From Dicyema japonicum (Eukaryota > Animalia > Dicyemida): a stretch of 64,000 bases of DNA. The DNA lies in NCBI GenBank assembly GCA_011109175.1, contig RDEW01000029.1, positions 592,158 to 656,157 of the forward strand, written 5' to 3'. This document shows, piece after piece, positions 24,965 through 38,880 of the stretch. Each line of letters starts with the position of its first letter. Position 1 is the stretch's first letter. The notes under the pieces were generated by a model that did no database searches, was not told where the DNA came from, and was given only the letters and a program-made list of their open reading frames with translations. A program made the translations under genes and the position numbers.

Positions 24965-26032
24965 GGCACGTCTTCTGCTGTGTCAATAGAACATGATGAT
25001 CACTAGCAGTCGATCTTGTCTTTGATGAAAAAACATCAAGAAAAAAGTGAGTATAACTTAATAATGTGAATTCTATGGCTTGAATCTGCGGTCCCCTACA
25101 ACGTGCTGCCCTATGGCCCCCTCAACCTAAGCACTCCACTGCGCATAACTGTGTTTTTATGATTCATGATTTTATATAATATGGCTTAATTCTTGTGCTC
25201 TCATGCTTGCTTATAATAATAATCGTTCTAATTGCTGGAAATCACCCTCTTATAGGAAAATCACCCTAATCCTAGATTTCCATACTAATACTTTCCATAT
25301 TAGGAGATTTTTGGTTTCCTTTACCTCGTCCACTTTCATATTTATCTACCATATTGGACATTCTTTAGATCAGCTTAAAGGAATAAACAACATCACCGAC
25401 AGTAGCAGTCAGAGAATGTAGATTAATCGTAGCAGGATCCAATAATAGGATTTACTGCAACAATTTTTCTTGTGAAGTCCAAAGTCCAAAAGACGTCACT
25501 TCCTACAATACACAATCCAAATTATTTGTTTCTTCGGGAATGTTCATGGGATTTGATTCTTTGAACTCATATAAACATAGTTCGTTAATTAAGTAACCCC
25601 GGCCTTATTAACAGTGGAAGATAGCGGGTATTAAGTAAAACGCAGGCATTGTAGAGAAACAGTGTATTAACTTAGGACATTCATAGAGGTGATTTGCTGT
25701 CATCAATTATTATTATTATTACCCCCAGGATCACTGGGTCAAAGAGAAAGAAATAAAAGTTCTCATCTAACTAAGTGATCCCAGACCGACAAAGGTGAGG
25801 ACGAGTCCGGCGGGGTCGAGAATCCTGAACAGCTCTTCTCATTGGACATGGCATCGGCTCAAAATCAATTACAAAGGTAACAGAGACATCTTATGTGAAT
25901 CAGATGCACAACAACACAAAAAATTATAAATTATTAAAACTAAATCACAGTTTGTAAAGGAACAATTATAATTAACTTCTAAATTTAACAATTTTGAAAT
26001 TTAAAAGGAGTCGACGTAGTAGTTCGCTTAGG

Positions 26033-26611
26033 ATGAATATAATCAAAGATTATCTGACTCTTCCAAGGTACAATCCTCATGTGGATCTTACTGGAATGAT
26101 GAATCCAAATAACAAAAAGGAAACCAGTTTTCAGCTTAGTATCGAGAGTCGATTCTTATGGAGTACAATATTCTTTGTCTCTGGAATTATCTTTCTAGCA
26201 TTTGTAGCATTCCTTCTTATTTTAGTCAGCCTTAATGTCTCCATTTTTCATAACAAGTCCCCTTAAATTTGTCGAAACCTTCACATTGGGTTCCCTCTTC
26301 AATTTCATGGGAATTCTGACAATGACTGGAAGACCATTCGACTGTTTGAAGAAATCCTTGGAAGGGAAAAGGGCTATGGGTCTAATAATATATATGATAT
26401 CCCTTTTTGGAACTTTGTATTCTGCAATGGTCAAAAAGAGTGTTGTTTTTTGTATTGTGATGGTCTCACTACAAATAATATCATTATTATGGTTTTAGTT
26501 TGATTTATTTATAGGCTTTTTCTTAGTTTCCTACCTTTTGGATCTTTTATCCCTCTTTTGTCTCTTTCGAGGGTTGGGGTTAAAAATAGAATTATTAATT
26601 TTATGAATTAA
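26033..26611 (+). CDS. Got1/Sft2-family vesicle transport membrane protein (SFT2D-like)
   Basis: QLSIESRFLW..P.KF..FTLGS..Y.ISLFGTLYSAM..LQIISLLW|LFLSFLPFG; introns 22 and 23 nt; four hydrophobic segments. Confidence 0.88.
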
Positions 26612-27299
26612 TTATATTTTTAAATATTTACTGTGGTAGTTATATTGGTTAACAAATCATGATTGGGTTAGGTTAAGTTTTAGATCAGCGGAACCTGTAT
26701 TTGATGCGACAATAACTCTTGTCCTATACACTCTTAGGTGGATATTCCTAGTTAAATTTATCTTTTTTATGGACATCATTTGAACTCGATGTGATATTAT
26801 GTCTAGCGAACGGAACAAACTAAACATCCTTGGGTATGAATGCGTATATTTATTTAAATCGTTCATATGGTTGCGTTGCTGTAGAAATTAAAAATATTTT
26901 TCTTGACAGTGAAAATCAACTCAATTACTATGCAGCCCAGTTCGCCTTGCTCACCGCCTGGAATACTCTTGGGGACCCTAACAAAAAATTATCACCAAAA
27001 TCTTATTTTAATATTAACATAAAAATCAAAACAATACCTCTTCTAACTTTGACTTACTTCACTAAGTATTCCTTTTTTATTCTGCAAATATTATTAAAAA
27101 AAATTGAAGTAAATATAATCTTAGAGTTGGCTGGTGTTTTCTTAAAATTAACGAAATAATCATGAAATTCAAGTTAAAGTAGTATTATCACATTAATACG
27201 AAATTTCATTTTTATATCATTTTAGAATCACGTTGTATAAATTTTCGTTTAATGGAATATCGCATCTTCCCGTAGGAAATCTCAGTACATCTAAGAGAA

Positions 27300-28722
27300 A
27301 GTCATTTACATCAATGTGACTAAAGGGAAGATAAGAAACTCAGCGCCTGGCAAGTCAGAATAAAAACATGGCTATGATTTAAGAAATCAATCTCACTTTA
27401 AATGACCATACCCCAACATTCCCAGGATACAAGACTATTAGGATGCACCTTATTGAGAAAAGAGGTAAAGGCCTGCTCACTTTATTCAAAAATAAATGCA
27501 GAGAAATATATTCAGGGGTGATTAAACTTGTTGGGGATAATGTGTTTATCGAAGTAATTATCCACATTATCTTAGAAGCAAGATCAATGGATATATCCAA
27601 ACATCGAATAATTTTTTCGATGGAAGACGGCCATGATTTAGAAGATATCATTCAAAAATCTAGCATTATCATCTTGAAACTCATGATCAGAAGCATTGAA
27701 TAATAAAATAAAGATCAGAGAGCTTAGAGGTTGAAGTGGAATCGTGTGCTTACAACAGTAAACCGAAATCGTACTAGGACAAAGTGTTGAAAGCTATTCG
27801 AAACGTTGCAAATTTCGTCTAAGGAGGATTACGTTGAAAGAAATGTGTACAGCTTGATAAAATTCTTCACGAAAATTTCATAATGAGCACAAGAAGTTGG
27901 ATGCACCTCTTTTAGTACGCAGAAAACTGAAAAGGTTGTCAGATCCGCTCTACTTCTAAGAAAATATGTGGAAAATACACTACGTTTAATAAGAACAACA
28001 TGCTCTCACGGAATTGATACAATTCTAGTCATCCTATTAAAGAATCTTGAAGACGCGGTCGTTACCTTCTTAACGTCGATCTCAACTATTTGATTAATGA
28101 ATCTGTAAACAAGCACATATTGGCAAATAATGAAACCTGGAAGACCCAGCGTCATTTAGACCTGTGTCTTTAGTATGTGCCATGTCTAAAATCGGTAAGA
28201 TGCACGTGCTCCTAGAAGGTCGACATCCCTTTCAACAGATGTCAAAGGACCTTGAGGTGCTACATGATGTGCATATTTGTTTATCACCACACGTAAAAAA
28301 TATTCTTGTGAAATGTGAAAAGAAACTGAACGTACTGAAAAGTTTATCGCGAATATGGAAGATTGTACTCATCCGATCCTGATGAACGTGTACAGACAGT
28401 ACATCGATCCATGTTTCTCATATGCAAATTTTGGACAGTTATGAGGAAGATTGAGAAAATGCAAAAAATGGCTTTCAGAGTAACGGAGCGTTGGATTTGT
28501 AGGGAAGACCGAACCGGGCCGACGCCGCTGGAGGCCCTTATGAGCCTAGACTTCAGAATGTGGAAATGCGTCCCCGTAAATTCAGTCAGCCGTTCCTGTA
28601 CGATCATGGGGGGGCACGAAAGAAACAACATCGGGCAAAGATGTAGACACTAATGGAACGCATCGGGACCAAGTGATAATTAGTTTGTTTCTACCGCAGT
28701 CTTGGAATATTAAATAAATAAA
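27300..28722 (+). mobile_element. Heavily deleted I-group LINE (APE remnant to 3' end)
   Basis: TPTFPGYKTIR..RGKGLLTL (APE); KCEKKLNVLKSL as in subfamily B. Confidence 0.65.
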
Positions 28723-28929
28723 GTGATCGAGGAGCTTCTAAATATAAAGGCCATTCTTATCTCAGATAAAGAGCTGACTCGAGAGAAAACCTGAAAATGT
28801 TTTATTTTATAATGGACGGCTTTATTTAAAGCAGAGTTCAGAGTTAGCAAACTTGCTATTGTGTCCGACTACCTCTCAATAATGAGACTCCATACAAAAA
28901 ATATTTATATTTTGATTCACTGTAGTAAA

Positions 28930-29580
28930 AATATGTCGAGAGCCCCGGGCTCGATTTTTTACTTTATTCCCCTCAAACCGTCGTTCCAAAGGATCTGTTC
29001 AGATACCGGTAACAAGTTCTCCATCAATTTTTGGATTAAACTACGAAGGCTATTGAATTTCAACTCCTACTTGAAGAAACTCCTCATTAAAGGCCTCCAG
29101 AAATTGAACGTTGTACGTGCACTTGTCCAGAGGACCTCTTTGAATGTTTCTGTTGCAACTTCTTATGGCAAACCATCACATCTGCTAGTAGGGTGTGCCT
29201 CAGTTGCCTAAAGATTTGCGTTATTTTAGACTACGCTCCACAAACACAATTCTATATACCGAAAAACTATTCATATGTTGGACCCTCATATCGATCAACA
29301 TTACATACTCCTACTCATGGAAGCTACGACCCGTAGTGGCAAATCCAGATTCCTTCGCATCTGTGAAGAAGATGGAAACTCGCTTCACCTGTCCATTTCC
29401 AAAGCAAAAGAAAACGATTGATTAGAAAGTTCCCAATTGAATTCTTTTAAGGAATGAGAGAAGGCTCTTTTGTATGGTAGTAAGAACAATGGAAGACCAC
29501 AAACGTTGGATGGGAAGTTGATTACGGGCACTGGGGTCACTTTTTGTTTTTTTTCAATCTTGTTTCCGTGATCTTAATAG
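28930..29580 (+). mobile_element. I-group LINE 3' fragment
   Basis: Thumb-region remnants; ends GGGGTCAC...GTGATCTT. Confidence 0.55.
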
Positions 29581-30168
29581 ATGTAAACATGACTGATGTG
29601 GGTGCATTTACACATGGATAAAATTTCTTGAAATCGGAAAACTTAGTAGTATGAAATAAAACATAAGAAGCTATAAAGATGGAGATAGCGTAACTTTCCC
29701 GATCAATAGCGTCACTAAATTTTTAAGGGTAAAAACAAACTCCTAGAGTTCATGATCCTTGGACATGTTTGAGATATAAGATATTAATCCACATAGATTG
29801 GCTGGTAGAAGTCACGTATAAAATATTAAAAAAAGAGAAAATACAGGACAGAATGCTGTGGGACCCTCTTCTTAGAATTCCATCCGATGTGTGTACTAGT
29901 TGTCTCAAAATTGACATTCAGTTACTCAAAAGTCCTTCAACAATCCATGTAAATATTTTGAATCCACACAAGCGGATTTGTCTCAGCAATGCCTGGTGGC
30001 ACACACCGTCAAAGTCGAGGTGGCATCCAAAATCCAGCCCCTTAGCAATCTTAAAGTTGAGATGGTAAGACAGTGGTCACAAAACCTAGTTGCTCTTAGT
30101 TTATCTACATAATAATCTTTGAGGTCTTAAATAGTAAACCGAATAACCAAAATAAAATCAAGAAAAGT

Positions 30169-30684
30169 CTAAGTGGAAGTTGTCTCAGTAACGTCGCCAT
30201 CAACCAACTCGGGCATTTCCTCATCCTCCCCAACATCATCACTATCTGAATAATCCCCATTCTATGATAAATAAATAATTAAACCATTCCATCGAAATCC
30301 ATCTAAACATTACAATAATGATACCTCATTATCTTCCTTTACTGAATCACCATCAGACTCTGTCTTATAATGCTCAAAATCAGTCCTCAGCCAGTACACC
30401 TTATTAGGAGTTAGTTTATTCCAAAATGGTCCACTCTCCTCCTTTATTAGAGTCACGTACATTCTCCCCGGGAGAGAACGGAAAGATGACATTTCCGGAT
30501 TTATTGCCTTCACTAAATCCAATGTAAAGGATTTATTATCAGGATTTCTGCAAGTTAAGACTAAATGATACTTAAAAATAATATTTTGTGGAGCAAATTC
30601 TGCAGAGGTATTCTCAGTGGTTCCCATGACTGTCAACATCAGACGGTTGCTCCTCTCAGCCCACAAAATCTCTGTAAAAACCAT
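30169..30684 (-). CDS. PTGES3: Hsp90 co-chaperone p23 (CS domain)
   Basis: ILWAER..LTV..L.KEESGPFWNKL..WLRTDFEHYK.ESD and acidic tail DSDD..EEMPEL; introns 30303-30324 and 30262-30284 flank an 18-nt exon. Confidence 0.9.
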
Positions 30685-30821
30685 CTGAAAATAAAATAAC
30701 GTGTAAACCTAGCAATCAATCACCGAACGTGATTAGTATGTTCTAGAAAATTAATTGGTTATCCACTTAAAAATAATTTTGTTAAATTAAAATAAATTAT
30801 TTTATTTTCTAAAAACATTTA

Positions 30822-31420
30822 ATGTCACCGCTAGACGTCAGGACCAAGCTGATAATATACGGTGATGACATTTTAATCTTGGATTCGTCTTTGAGGGCAT
30901 ACCTTTCAGAACGGCGACTAGGAGCTTTCGTTAACAAAGTCCAGGATTGGTGTGATCGGATAGCCCTGAGATTCTCCACGGAAAAGTCCAGTTATTTACG
31001 GGTAAGCAAGCTGAAGAGCCTTTCACTCTTCACATACCGAAAGTTTCGTCCCTGAAAATCCTTGGAAGTGTAGTTGATGGGAAAAAATCATATCTGAAGG
31101 ACATCGAAGAGTGGAGTAAGAAGGCTGTGCAAGCATTGTTCTGCACAAAAGCCTAAAGTTGGATGATGATACCATGCTTTTTGTTTTTCGGAATGTGATT
31201 CTTCCAAAACTTATCTATGGGAGCGAGGGATGGTTTTACAGCCCTCGAGGGAGAGGATCCTCGCTAGACTTGAGAAAACAAGGCGAGCGGCGATCTAACT
31301 ATCTTTTGGGAAGAAATTGTACGAAAGCCTGTCTGAGGAAGAGAACAAACTTGTCAGACCAGTCAGAGAATATATTGACAGTTACCACCCAACAACCAAT
31401 TTTTTTGTAGAAGGTTTAGA
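30822..31420 (+). mobile_element. Non-LTR RT C-terminal fragment
   Basis: YGDDILI, FSTEKS, LKILG and VILPKLIYGSE. Confidence 0.7.
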
Positions 31421-31509
31421 GGTTTCGACTTTTTTTTACAGTTAGACATCAAATTTTCTTTATGAATTTTATTGTGCTTGGACTAAATACTTATATTGAA
31501 TCTATTGAA

Positions 31510-32190
31510 AAATGGCAACAAGAGACCAGTGTATTCACACAGCGGATACCCGTTTACAAGATTTATTGGACAACCTGAGTTGTTTGCTTATGAGGAACCT
31601 ATTACACACAAGCCCTGACAAGTCGAGCTCAATGATTTACTTCCAAATAGAAGAATTACAAACTCTGCACCTTTTTTACCCTTAATGGAAAATCAATCCC
31701 CTCAACAAACTTTATCAAAATACTGGGTATCACATACGACCCCTTATGATTTTCAGCAAACACGTCAGAAACGTCCTCCTCCCAACGAAAACTAAATTTT
31801 GTAAAAACGCTACAAAATCTGTTTCCACTCAACATTAATTATTTTTCTACGCAATTTTACAACCTACGATCAGCTACTGCTGTGCGGTATGGGGCACAAA
31901 CCTATCTTATACCAACCTAAAGAAAATCAATTCCTTCCAAGAAATAGTCACGAGGGCCCATAAAGGTTCTCCTTACCACTAATGCCAACTCCATTCGAGG
32001 AACTTGTTGAGGAGAACTGGAGCCTTTTTTGAAAACCTCCAAATTTCCGAAAAGTGTCTCATTCATATAGGAAGTGCGTTGGCTCTCGAGAGGGACACCG
32101 AGAAAGAATTAGACGGCTGGGATCACCTGACGGCCACCCATTCCCTTTTAATTCGTCGGTGATTCTTGTTTTAAAATAAAATAAAAATAA
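31510..32190 (+). mobile_element. I-group LINE subfamily C, 3' fragment
   Basis: Aligns with the reverse complement of 41815-42480; ends GGG ATC ACC TGA plus hairpin. Confidence 0.8.
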
Positions 32191-32629
32191 AAGAAATGAG
32201 AAATGATTGGCTTAGATTGAATTTTTTGCCTACCATGCGAATAGTGGACTATTTTAAGTAATTGATTTGGTGGAGTATTGTCTATGACAGAACAAATATC
32301 CATGTGGTCATAATCCACAACCGGTCTGTCGCTAAAGTTTTGGATAGATTCATCCAGATTCAATGGAGTTCTCATAACAAGCGCACAAAAAATTAGTTTC
32401 CATGGGCATTTATGAAGGTTTGTTTGATATGGGTCATTAATTTCAGCAGTCTGTTGTATGTCAGTCCGAGAATTTTGAGAGTGCTCGTCGCAGATCTTAC
32501 ACAGGAAAAATAAAGATTCTGGTTTCCTGATTCTCTTTACGTTGATTTTGTTTACAATACAAAGAGGCGGTTGGTTGTAAACCAAACACGCAAGGGACTG
32601 TTGTACAGTCGATGACATTGGGGTGGACC

Positions 32630-33362
32630 GCATTATTAAAATGAGACCACCAGAGAAAAGCAGTGGATTTCTTTCAATGGCGTCAAATTGACAGGTTGCG
32701 GTTATGTGCGTTCTACGTAGTCAGTACATAAACTCAAACTCGCTCCAGAACAACGATAACTTTCCTAATAAAAGAGTTAAAGCTAAAAAACTCGTCTTTA
32801 TATACGAACGTTTCCAGAACAGCGATGCTTTATTATATTAATTGTCATATAAATACCTCAATTATAATGGATGACCCCATTTATAATAGCATCTTCAGTT
32901 AAGAAAATAAGAAATTCAGTCTGATTCTACACTCAGAGCAAAATACCTCGAAGTGGGGATACCTTTCTGAAAACATTATAAACTTCAGAGTTTTCAATGA
33001 GGATTATGCCAAAATTCGATTCTACCTATGTGTTGTTTTCCCTCATGAAATCAACAAAATCTTCTCAGAGAATAAGACTGATTGATGAAAACTTGTCATC
33101 CCTGATCATGATGGGAACTGCTAGTACATTTCAGATATACTAAAATTTTCATGAAAAAGAGGCACCTCAGGACAAAGACTAAAGAGTGATTTGATAATTT
33201 TGAAAATAATTACAATTGTTATATTTGGCGTTGTGGAACGTTATCGTAGATAGACGTTGTAGTAGGCTTGCAAATTAATAATTACACTTCAAGATTACTG
33301 TGTTAGATTTGTTAGTACCCGTTTGTATACTCAAATTATTTTATGCGGCCCTGACATGCCTG
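32630..33362 (+). mobile_element. hAT transposon remnant with right terminus
   Basis: Second copy of 11530-12560; ..RIRLIDENLSSL; ends TGCGGCCCTGACATGCCTG (reverse complement begins CAGGCATGTC, a hAT-like end). Confidence 0.65.
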
Positions 33363-33755
33363 CTGTAAACCAATCGAACATTATAATCAGCTTTAGTTTA
33401 GCATTAAAAGCTGCGGATGGAACGGTTTCTGGTTGCGACGGTCACTCACGTAACATTTAGTAAGTTTAAAATCCGGGAGATAATAAAATTCATTGTCTTT
33501 TAGTAGCGAGGAGTCTACGTCATCATCTGTTGGTATGTCATGTAGAAACATGTTCAATAGATCTGTAGATAGTTGAGAACCCTGGGAAATTCCGCTTGGT
33601 AGTAAACGTGATCTATATCTTGAGTAACTGGAGGAAACCCTTTCACACGGGGAGGGTATCAAGTTTTTTCTACTTAATTTTGTGTGCTAGTTGTTAATAT
33701 AAGTCGCCAAAGTCATAACATTTAAATATCCAAAATATTATTATAACTTTCATCA

Positions 33756-34521
33756 TCAATAAATAAAGGAATACAAAAAAGTACTAGTCCGTTCAACGGG
33801 GTATCTGAGGAATGATGGGAACATACTAAATGAAATAGACAGAATACTTATGAAAAGCAAATGATTCCCTTTTATCTCCATATGAGTCCTCATCTGGGTG
33901 ATATTGAAAGAATCGAAGATATAACCAAGCAAACATAAACCCAGCATTAGAAAGAAATCCATAAAAAAAGTTAACATAATTTAGTAGAATAAAAATATAA
34001 AAACAGATGGAAAAAATCAAAGGTATAACATCAAAGGGAATTTTGATGAAATTAATATCAATGTAGTAGTTTTGAGGCAAAAGTTGAATGAACGCAACAA
34101 TCACAGCCGAAGTGAAAGCTGTCATTCCATGGATGACTGAAGGATCTGAAGATTTATATTGAAATATCGTCCCCAAGTCAAATTGACTCATATCAACTTC
34201 AGCAATATCATTATAGTAAATAAGACTGAATAGGTAGACGAATAAGGTTGAAGCAAGGTTAATGATTATGAAAAACTTCAAGAGCTCTAATCTCTTCCAC
34301 CTCACGACAAATGTATTCCAAAAAATGATAACTGTAACAAAGTCGATGATAATGAAGAATATTCTAAACTCAATGAAACTTGAAAATAATATTTTTAATA
34401 AAAATAATGAATCAAATTTCGGGACTAGTACAATTTTCTCATTTATTAATTCAATATATAATAATAAATGGCTTAATACGATTATGCAAAATAAAATTAA
34501 AACTTCCACATGAAACCTCAT
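33756..34521 (-). CDS. TMEM115: TMEM115 (DUF1751, rhomboid-like Golgi protein)
   Basis: W..LELLKFF, IHG, VAFIQLLP, WLYLRFFQ.H..GD..FAF; a 22-nt intron then MFPSFLRYPV.. Confidence 0.88.
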
Positions 34522-34659
34522 AAATAGTACTTTATATTTTTATTTAAAATATTTTAAACTCATTTATATTTGATAGACATAATTTTTTGAAAATTTATTA
34601 GATAATTATTTAAGTTATTATATGCTCGTAATTTGTTCACCTTCACGCGGAGAAAATTG

Positions 34660-35855
34660 AATGCAGTTTCAATCTGGCAACTAAAAGAACCACAATTACT
34701 TCCCTGTCAACCTATCAACGACCTCTGTAATGATGCTTTCGTTCCCAAAGATCGGATTGTCTACTCGTAGTCCTCACTGGGTCTCAAAATCGATATTGAC
34801 CTCCTACATCCAGAAAATCAATTCTTCCTTATTTCAAAGACTATTCAATTGTCCGCCTTGACTAATCTAATTCAAACATGGGAGGCGGTGTACTCACCTT
34901 TATAAACAAGTCCATTCCTTTCTATAATACTTCTACTCGGACACACACTCTGATTGAAGGTGACAATCATATTTAGCTTATTTCCATTCTTGTCTAACTG
35001 AACCGTACACATTCTTAAATATTTAAAACCAACCTTATATGAAACAATATTCCCCAGACTGGCAAAATTACAGACGATTCGAAACGTCATAATCTGTTGA
35101 GACCTAAACGCCAAGGATCCACTTCAGCTAACTGGCCAGTATGGCAATGAGAGAGGGGTTCTAATCCTATCTCAACTTGAACAACTAGTCATCCTCAATG
35201 ACAAAAATCCCACACTTGAACAGCTTCCAAAGCTGGACGTTCCAATACTTCCCTAGACTTCTATTTATATTCCCCGTCGCTATCTTCTGTGATATCCTGG
35301 AAAGTCATATACGACCATCATTCGACCATCATTCAGACCACTCTCGTCTATTGTTAGACACTTAAAACCATAATAAATTACAAACGTGCAAATGGGAATC
35401 ATTTCGCAAAGAGACGGAAAATTTGCTGTCTGATTTTGTTGTTGTTGAGAATTTCAAATTGTTTGATGCCTCAGTGAAATTTTTTAATGAGACTATCTGA
35501 ATAAAATTTTAAGAGGACTATAATCTAAATTTCTCTAAGGGAATTATCGAAAAGATCAATACAAGACGACGACTTAAAAATCAAGAATCCTGAGGGCGAC
35601 CTATCCAACCTTAATAATGAAATTACAAAGTTAATCAACACAGAAAATTGGAACGATGGAATAATTTCATTACCAAAATTAACTATCGGACAAAACTAAA
35701 GGATTTCTGGGGGATCCTACGTGGTATTCATTCGACATAATTAGAATGAACACAACACACGTCACCAGTAAGAATCTCATAATGGAACATTATACAAAAA
35801 GTGGGTCAAATCAATATGAACAAGCTTATGAGGCTAGGGTTACTTAACTAAGGCT
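34660..35855 (+). mobile_element. Decayed, internally deleted copy of the 2A-LINE at 51825-55010
   Basis: CTGGCAACTAAAAGAACCAC and CCCAAAGATCGGATTG shared with the leader; APE region colinear; ends GGGTTACTTAACTAA. Confidence 0.85.
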
Positions 35856-36489
35856 AGTGATGCCACGTAACTACTTGACTGAATTTATCTCTTCGTTTCT
35901 TCTGTTCTTTCTCTTCCCTTGTCTATATAATGGAGCTCAGGCCACGCCCAGTGCCAGAGTAAAATGAAAAAGGATCCTTCACTGGAAGGGTGCCCACTAC
36001 GCAAGGAATGAACGTTTTCTATTTTATGCTGATTCTTGATGAATTTGTGTGATATTGGAAGGACTTTTTTTGACGGAAATGAAGATTGACGTTGTTTTAA
36101 TTAAGTAGTCGAAACTCCCAACAAGCAAACGAGCCGGCTAGACTTAACCGTTCAATTAGTGACCGTCTACTGTAGAATCTTTACGTTCTTTAAAAAAGCA
36201 GTCGCTTATATCACCGTGCTATGATGATTATTTGCGTCCAAACGAATGCTATGTAGATCTAAGCTAGACAGAAAAATACGATCAAAGTTAGCGAAGGACT
36301 TATAGAAGAGCTCTTCTCCGGAATACATAATCCGCAAGAACCAAAGAGTGTGACAATCTATAAGTTTAAATGAGGAACATCTGGCCAAGATACATGCTTT
36401 GTGAGCTCAAAGAAGGAACATCTGGCTAAGATGAAATCATTGTTGAAGCATGTCAGGATTACTCGATAAGTTAGTTTTGTTTTTACTAA

Positions 36490-36622
36490 CATGTCAATAA
36501 TAATAACAGCCTTTTCACGAGAGCCATAATATTTATAGCTCCGCATAGGCAGGACACACACTTTCTTTAGGTAAAGAACAGTTAATTTTAACTAATCGTA
36601 GAACCAAGGAATGATGATCTTA
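36490..36622 (-). mobile_element. 3' part of the SINE family at 60515-60812
   Basis: Reverse complement of 60685-60810 by eye. Confidence 0.75.
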
Positions 36623-37302
36623 ATAATACGGTTTCATGACCTTGAATTTATGTGATTAAAGTCTGTTCTCATAAAAATTCAATGATTAATTCAATTATTA
36701 GATTACTACCTATAACTTATGAAATGATGGTTAAATGAATTGAAATGGTTAAAACTAATGCATTCTTGTTAATTTATAGGAGATAATACTATTAGAGAGA
36801 ATAACTGGCAATAAATAATAATTTTATTACTGAATGAATATTCCAAAGTAATTCAATTAATATGCAATGCAGAATAAATATAAATTACCATAACAACAAA
36901 TGGCAGATGACCAAGTAAGTACCCAAAAGACTGATCAGTATTACAGAACATTTGATATTCCCGAACGATTCAATAATCCTAGTACTATTTGATTATATAA
37001 TATTGGCAATTTTGATAAATATGGAAAGAATACACAGAATCCAATGTACAGAACCACAAATAATGAATATGGTTCACGAGCCCCTAATGTCCACACCATG
37101 CCTGTTGTTTTCTGTGTAAAGTCTCAGAAATTTACAAAAGTATATAATGTATAATTCTCAGCATCTTGGATTGTGTGGGATGTACAGAAATAATTCATTA
37201 AATACTAACATGCGTTGACCTAACCTATCTGACCTAAATATCCTAAAACAGTAATAAATCAGAAGTCTTTATTAGGAAATGAACCACCCTGTTAGTATCC
37301 TA

Positions 37303-37781
37303 TTATCTAATGTATTGGGCCAGAAAATAGGCACTGTGTTTCATGTTGTCATCGCGAGCCTGATCACCAGTAAAAGCTTGAAATATCATATCTTAAATTA
37401 AGATTAAACTCACAATCTCCATTATCTGCTTGAAATGTAGTCACAACTAATCTATTCTTATTGTCACCCACAAAACAAGCATATTTCGCATCGGAAACGC
37501 TGTCAAGATCAGAAAATGGAGCTTCACATGTGTCAATATACAGGTATTTAACTCCTTTAAATGAACAAGTTGAAATATTGTTTTTACCAGACGTAATACT
37601 TTCGTAAATTGTAGCTACATTAGTGGGAACGTTCTAGATTGAGTATTAGAATAGCTACATTATCATTGTTTTTCTGTAGTATAACTACAAAATTATCCTG
37701 TCCCTTAGGTCTCACCATACTAACATGAGCTCCTTCAACAGAAATAGAAGCTTCCCATCCACTAAGATATGATCCAGTCAT
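37303..37781 (-). CDS. Divergent profilin-like protein (about 143 aa)
   Basis: Introns of 25 and 22 nt give an open frame; N-terminal SGW, SFKGVKYLYI and C-terminal helix AYFLAQYIR fit the profilin layout. Confidence 0.55.
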
Positions 37782-38079
37782 TTTTATGAAACTAATTTTA
37801 TATTCAAAATATATTTATTTTGGTTTACCATATTAAATTTTACATTATTAAAACTTATTAATATTACTCAATAATATATTTTATATTATCCTTTAATATA
37901 CAAAATATATTTCCTCATTCGTGAAAAAAGACGCTTTAAGAGATCGAAAGAGAACTATCCTCATTGAATAAGCAAATAATCATGTTGATTTAGAAAGTCA
38001 AAAATGAAAAATGAACTGAATTTATTTCCCATCTTACCCCAAAATCAAAACCTCAAAAATTCTAGAGATACGTGATGAT

Positions 38080-38880
38080 TGATAAAAACAACCGAACTAA
38101 AGACTTTCGCCGTAGGCAAGCGATTTGATGACCTACTATTGCAAGACCAGTCACATTCCTATTTCCAAAGATGCTAGATGTAAGAGAGTCCACTCACCAA
38201 GAGGTACGAGGGGTCATCCTTGACTTGAGCCAAAGTGCCCGCAACTCTTTGCTAAAGGCCCTGATGGCCTATGCATCCTCCACTTGAAAAACTTCGGACC
38301 TAACGTACTCAATGTTTTCAAGGCCATTTATGAATTCTCAATCAACTCATGTTTTATTCCTTTCGTCCACTTCACACAAAAAACGCCTATCTATCCACTT
38401 TGACACAGTTAATTGCAGACGGTTTTAATTATTCAAAAAAGAACTATTCGGTCTCAATTGACCTAACAAAAGCTTTTGACAGCATTTCTCACGTGGTTCT
38501 CTTAAACAAGATCAGTTCATCATTCAAATATGGCAGTCTTTGCTCACAAGCTTCCTTTCCGGAAGACTGGGTCAAACATGTTTTCTTTCCCACATGTCTC
38601 TTGAAGAAATCTACAATCATTATTATTTTGATGCATAACCGTGAACTTTCTGATCCTTCTTATCTTTCTATTTCTCTTTTGTCTGTTGTCTCGAAGATTA
38701 CTGAAAGAGTTTTACCATTTTTAGCCAAATCAACCTGTCAATTGTAGAATAGAATTAACTTAAGTTTTGTGCTATTCATTTGACTACAACCCATCTTTCT
38801 AAACTGATTCAATTTATTGCTGACGGATTTAATAACAATGAACCTCCGGAAAGAACAAAATTTTTATCTATGGAATGAGT
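38080..38880 (+). mobile_element. Rearranged I-group LINE RT fragments
   Basis: KGPDGL, SIDLTKAFDSISH, DPSYLSISLLSVVSKITER (pieces out of order). Confidence 0.7.

Noticed and set aside
26657-27000. LGSPRVFQAVSK (minus strand) resembling an SLC12 transporter motif
   Set aside because: Immediately followed by stops; no further similarity could be assembled
32148-32633. 161-aa minus-strand ORF
   Set aside because: No recognisable motif, no introns, and it runs into a LINE tail and abuts a hAT remnant; cannot be supported as a gene
34262-34513. Asn/Ile-rich plus-strand ORF
   Set aside because: Antisense shadow of TMEM115
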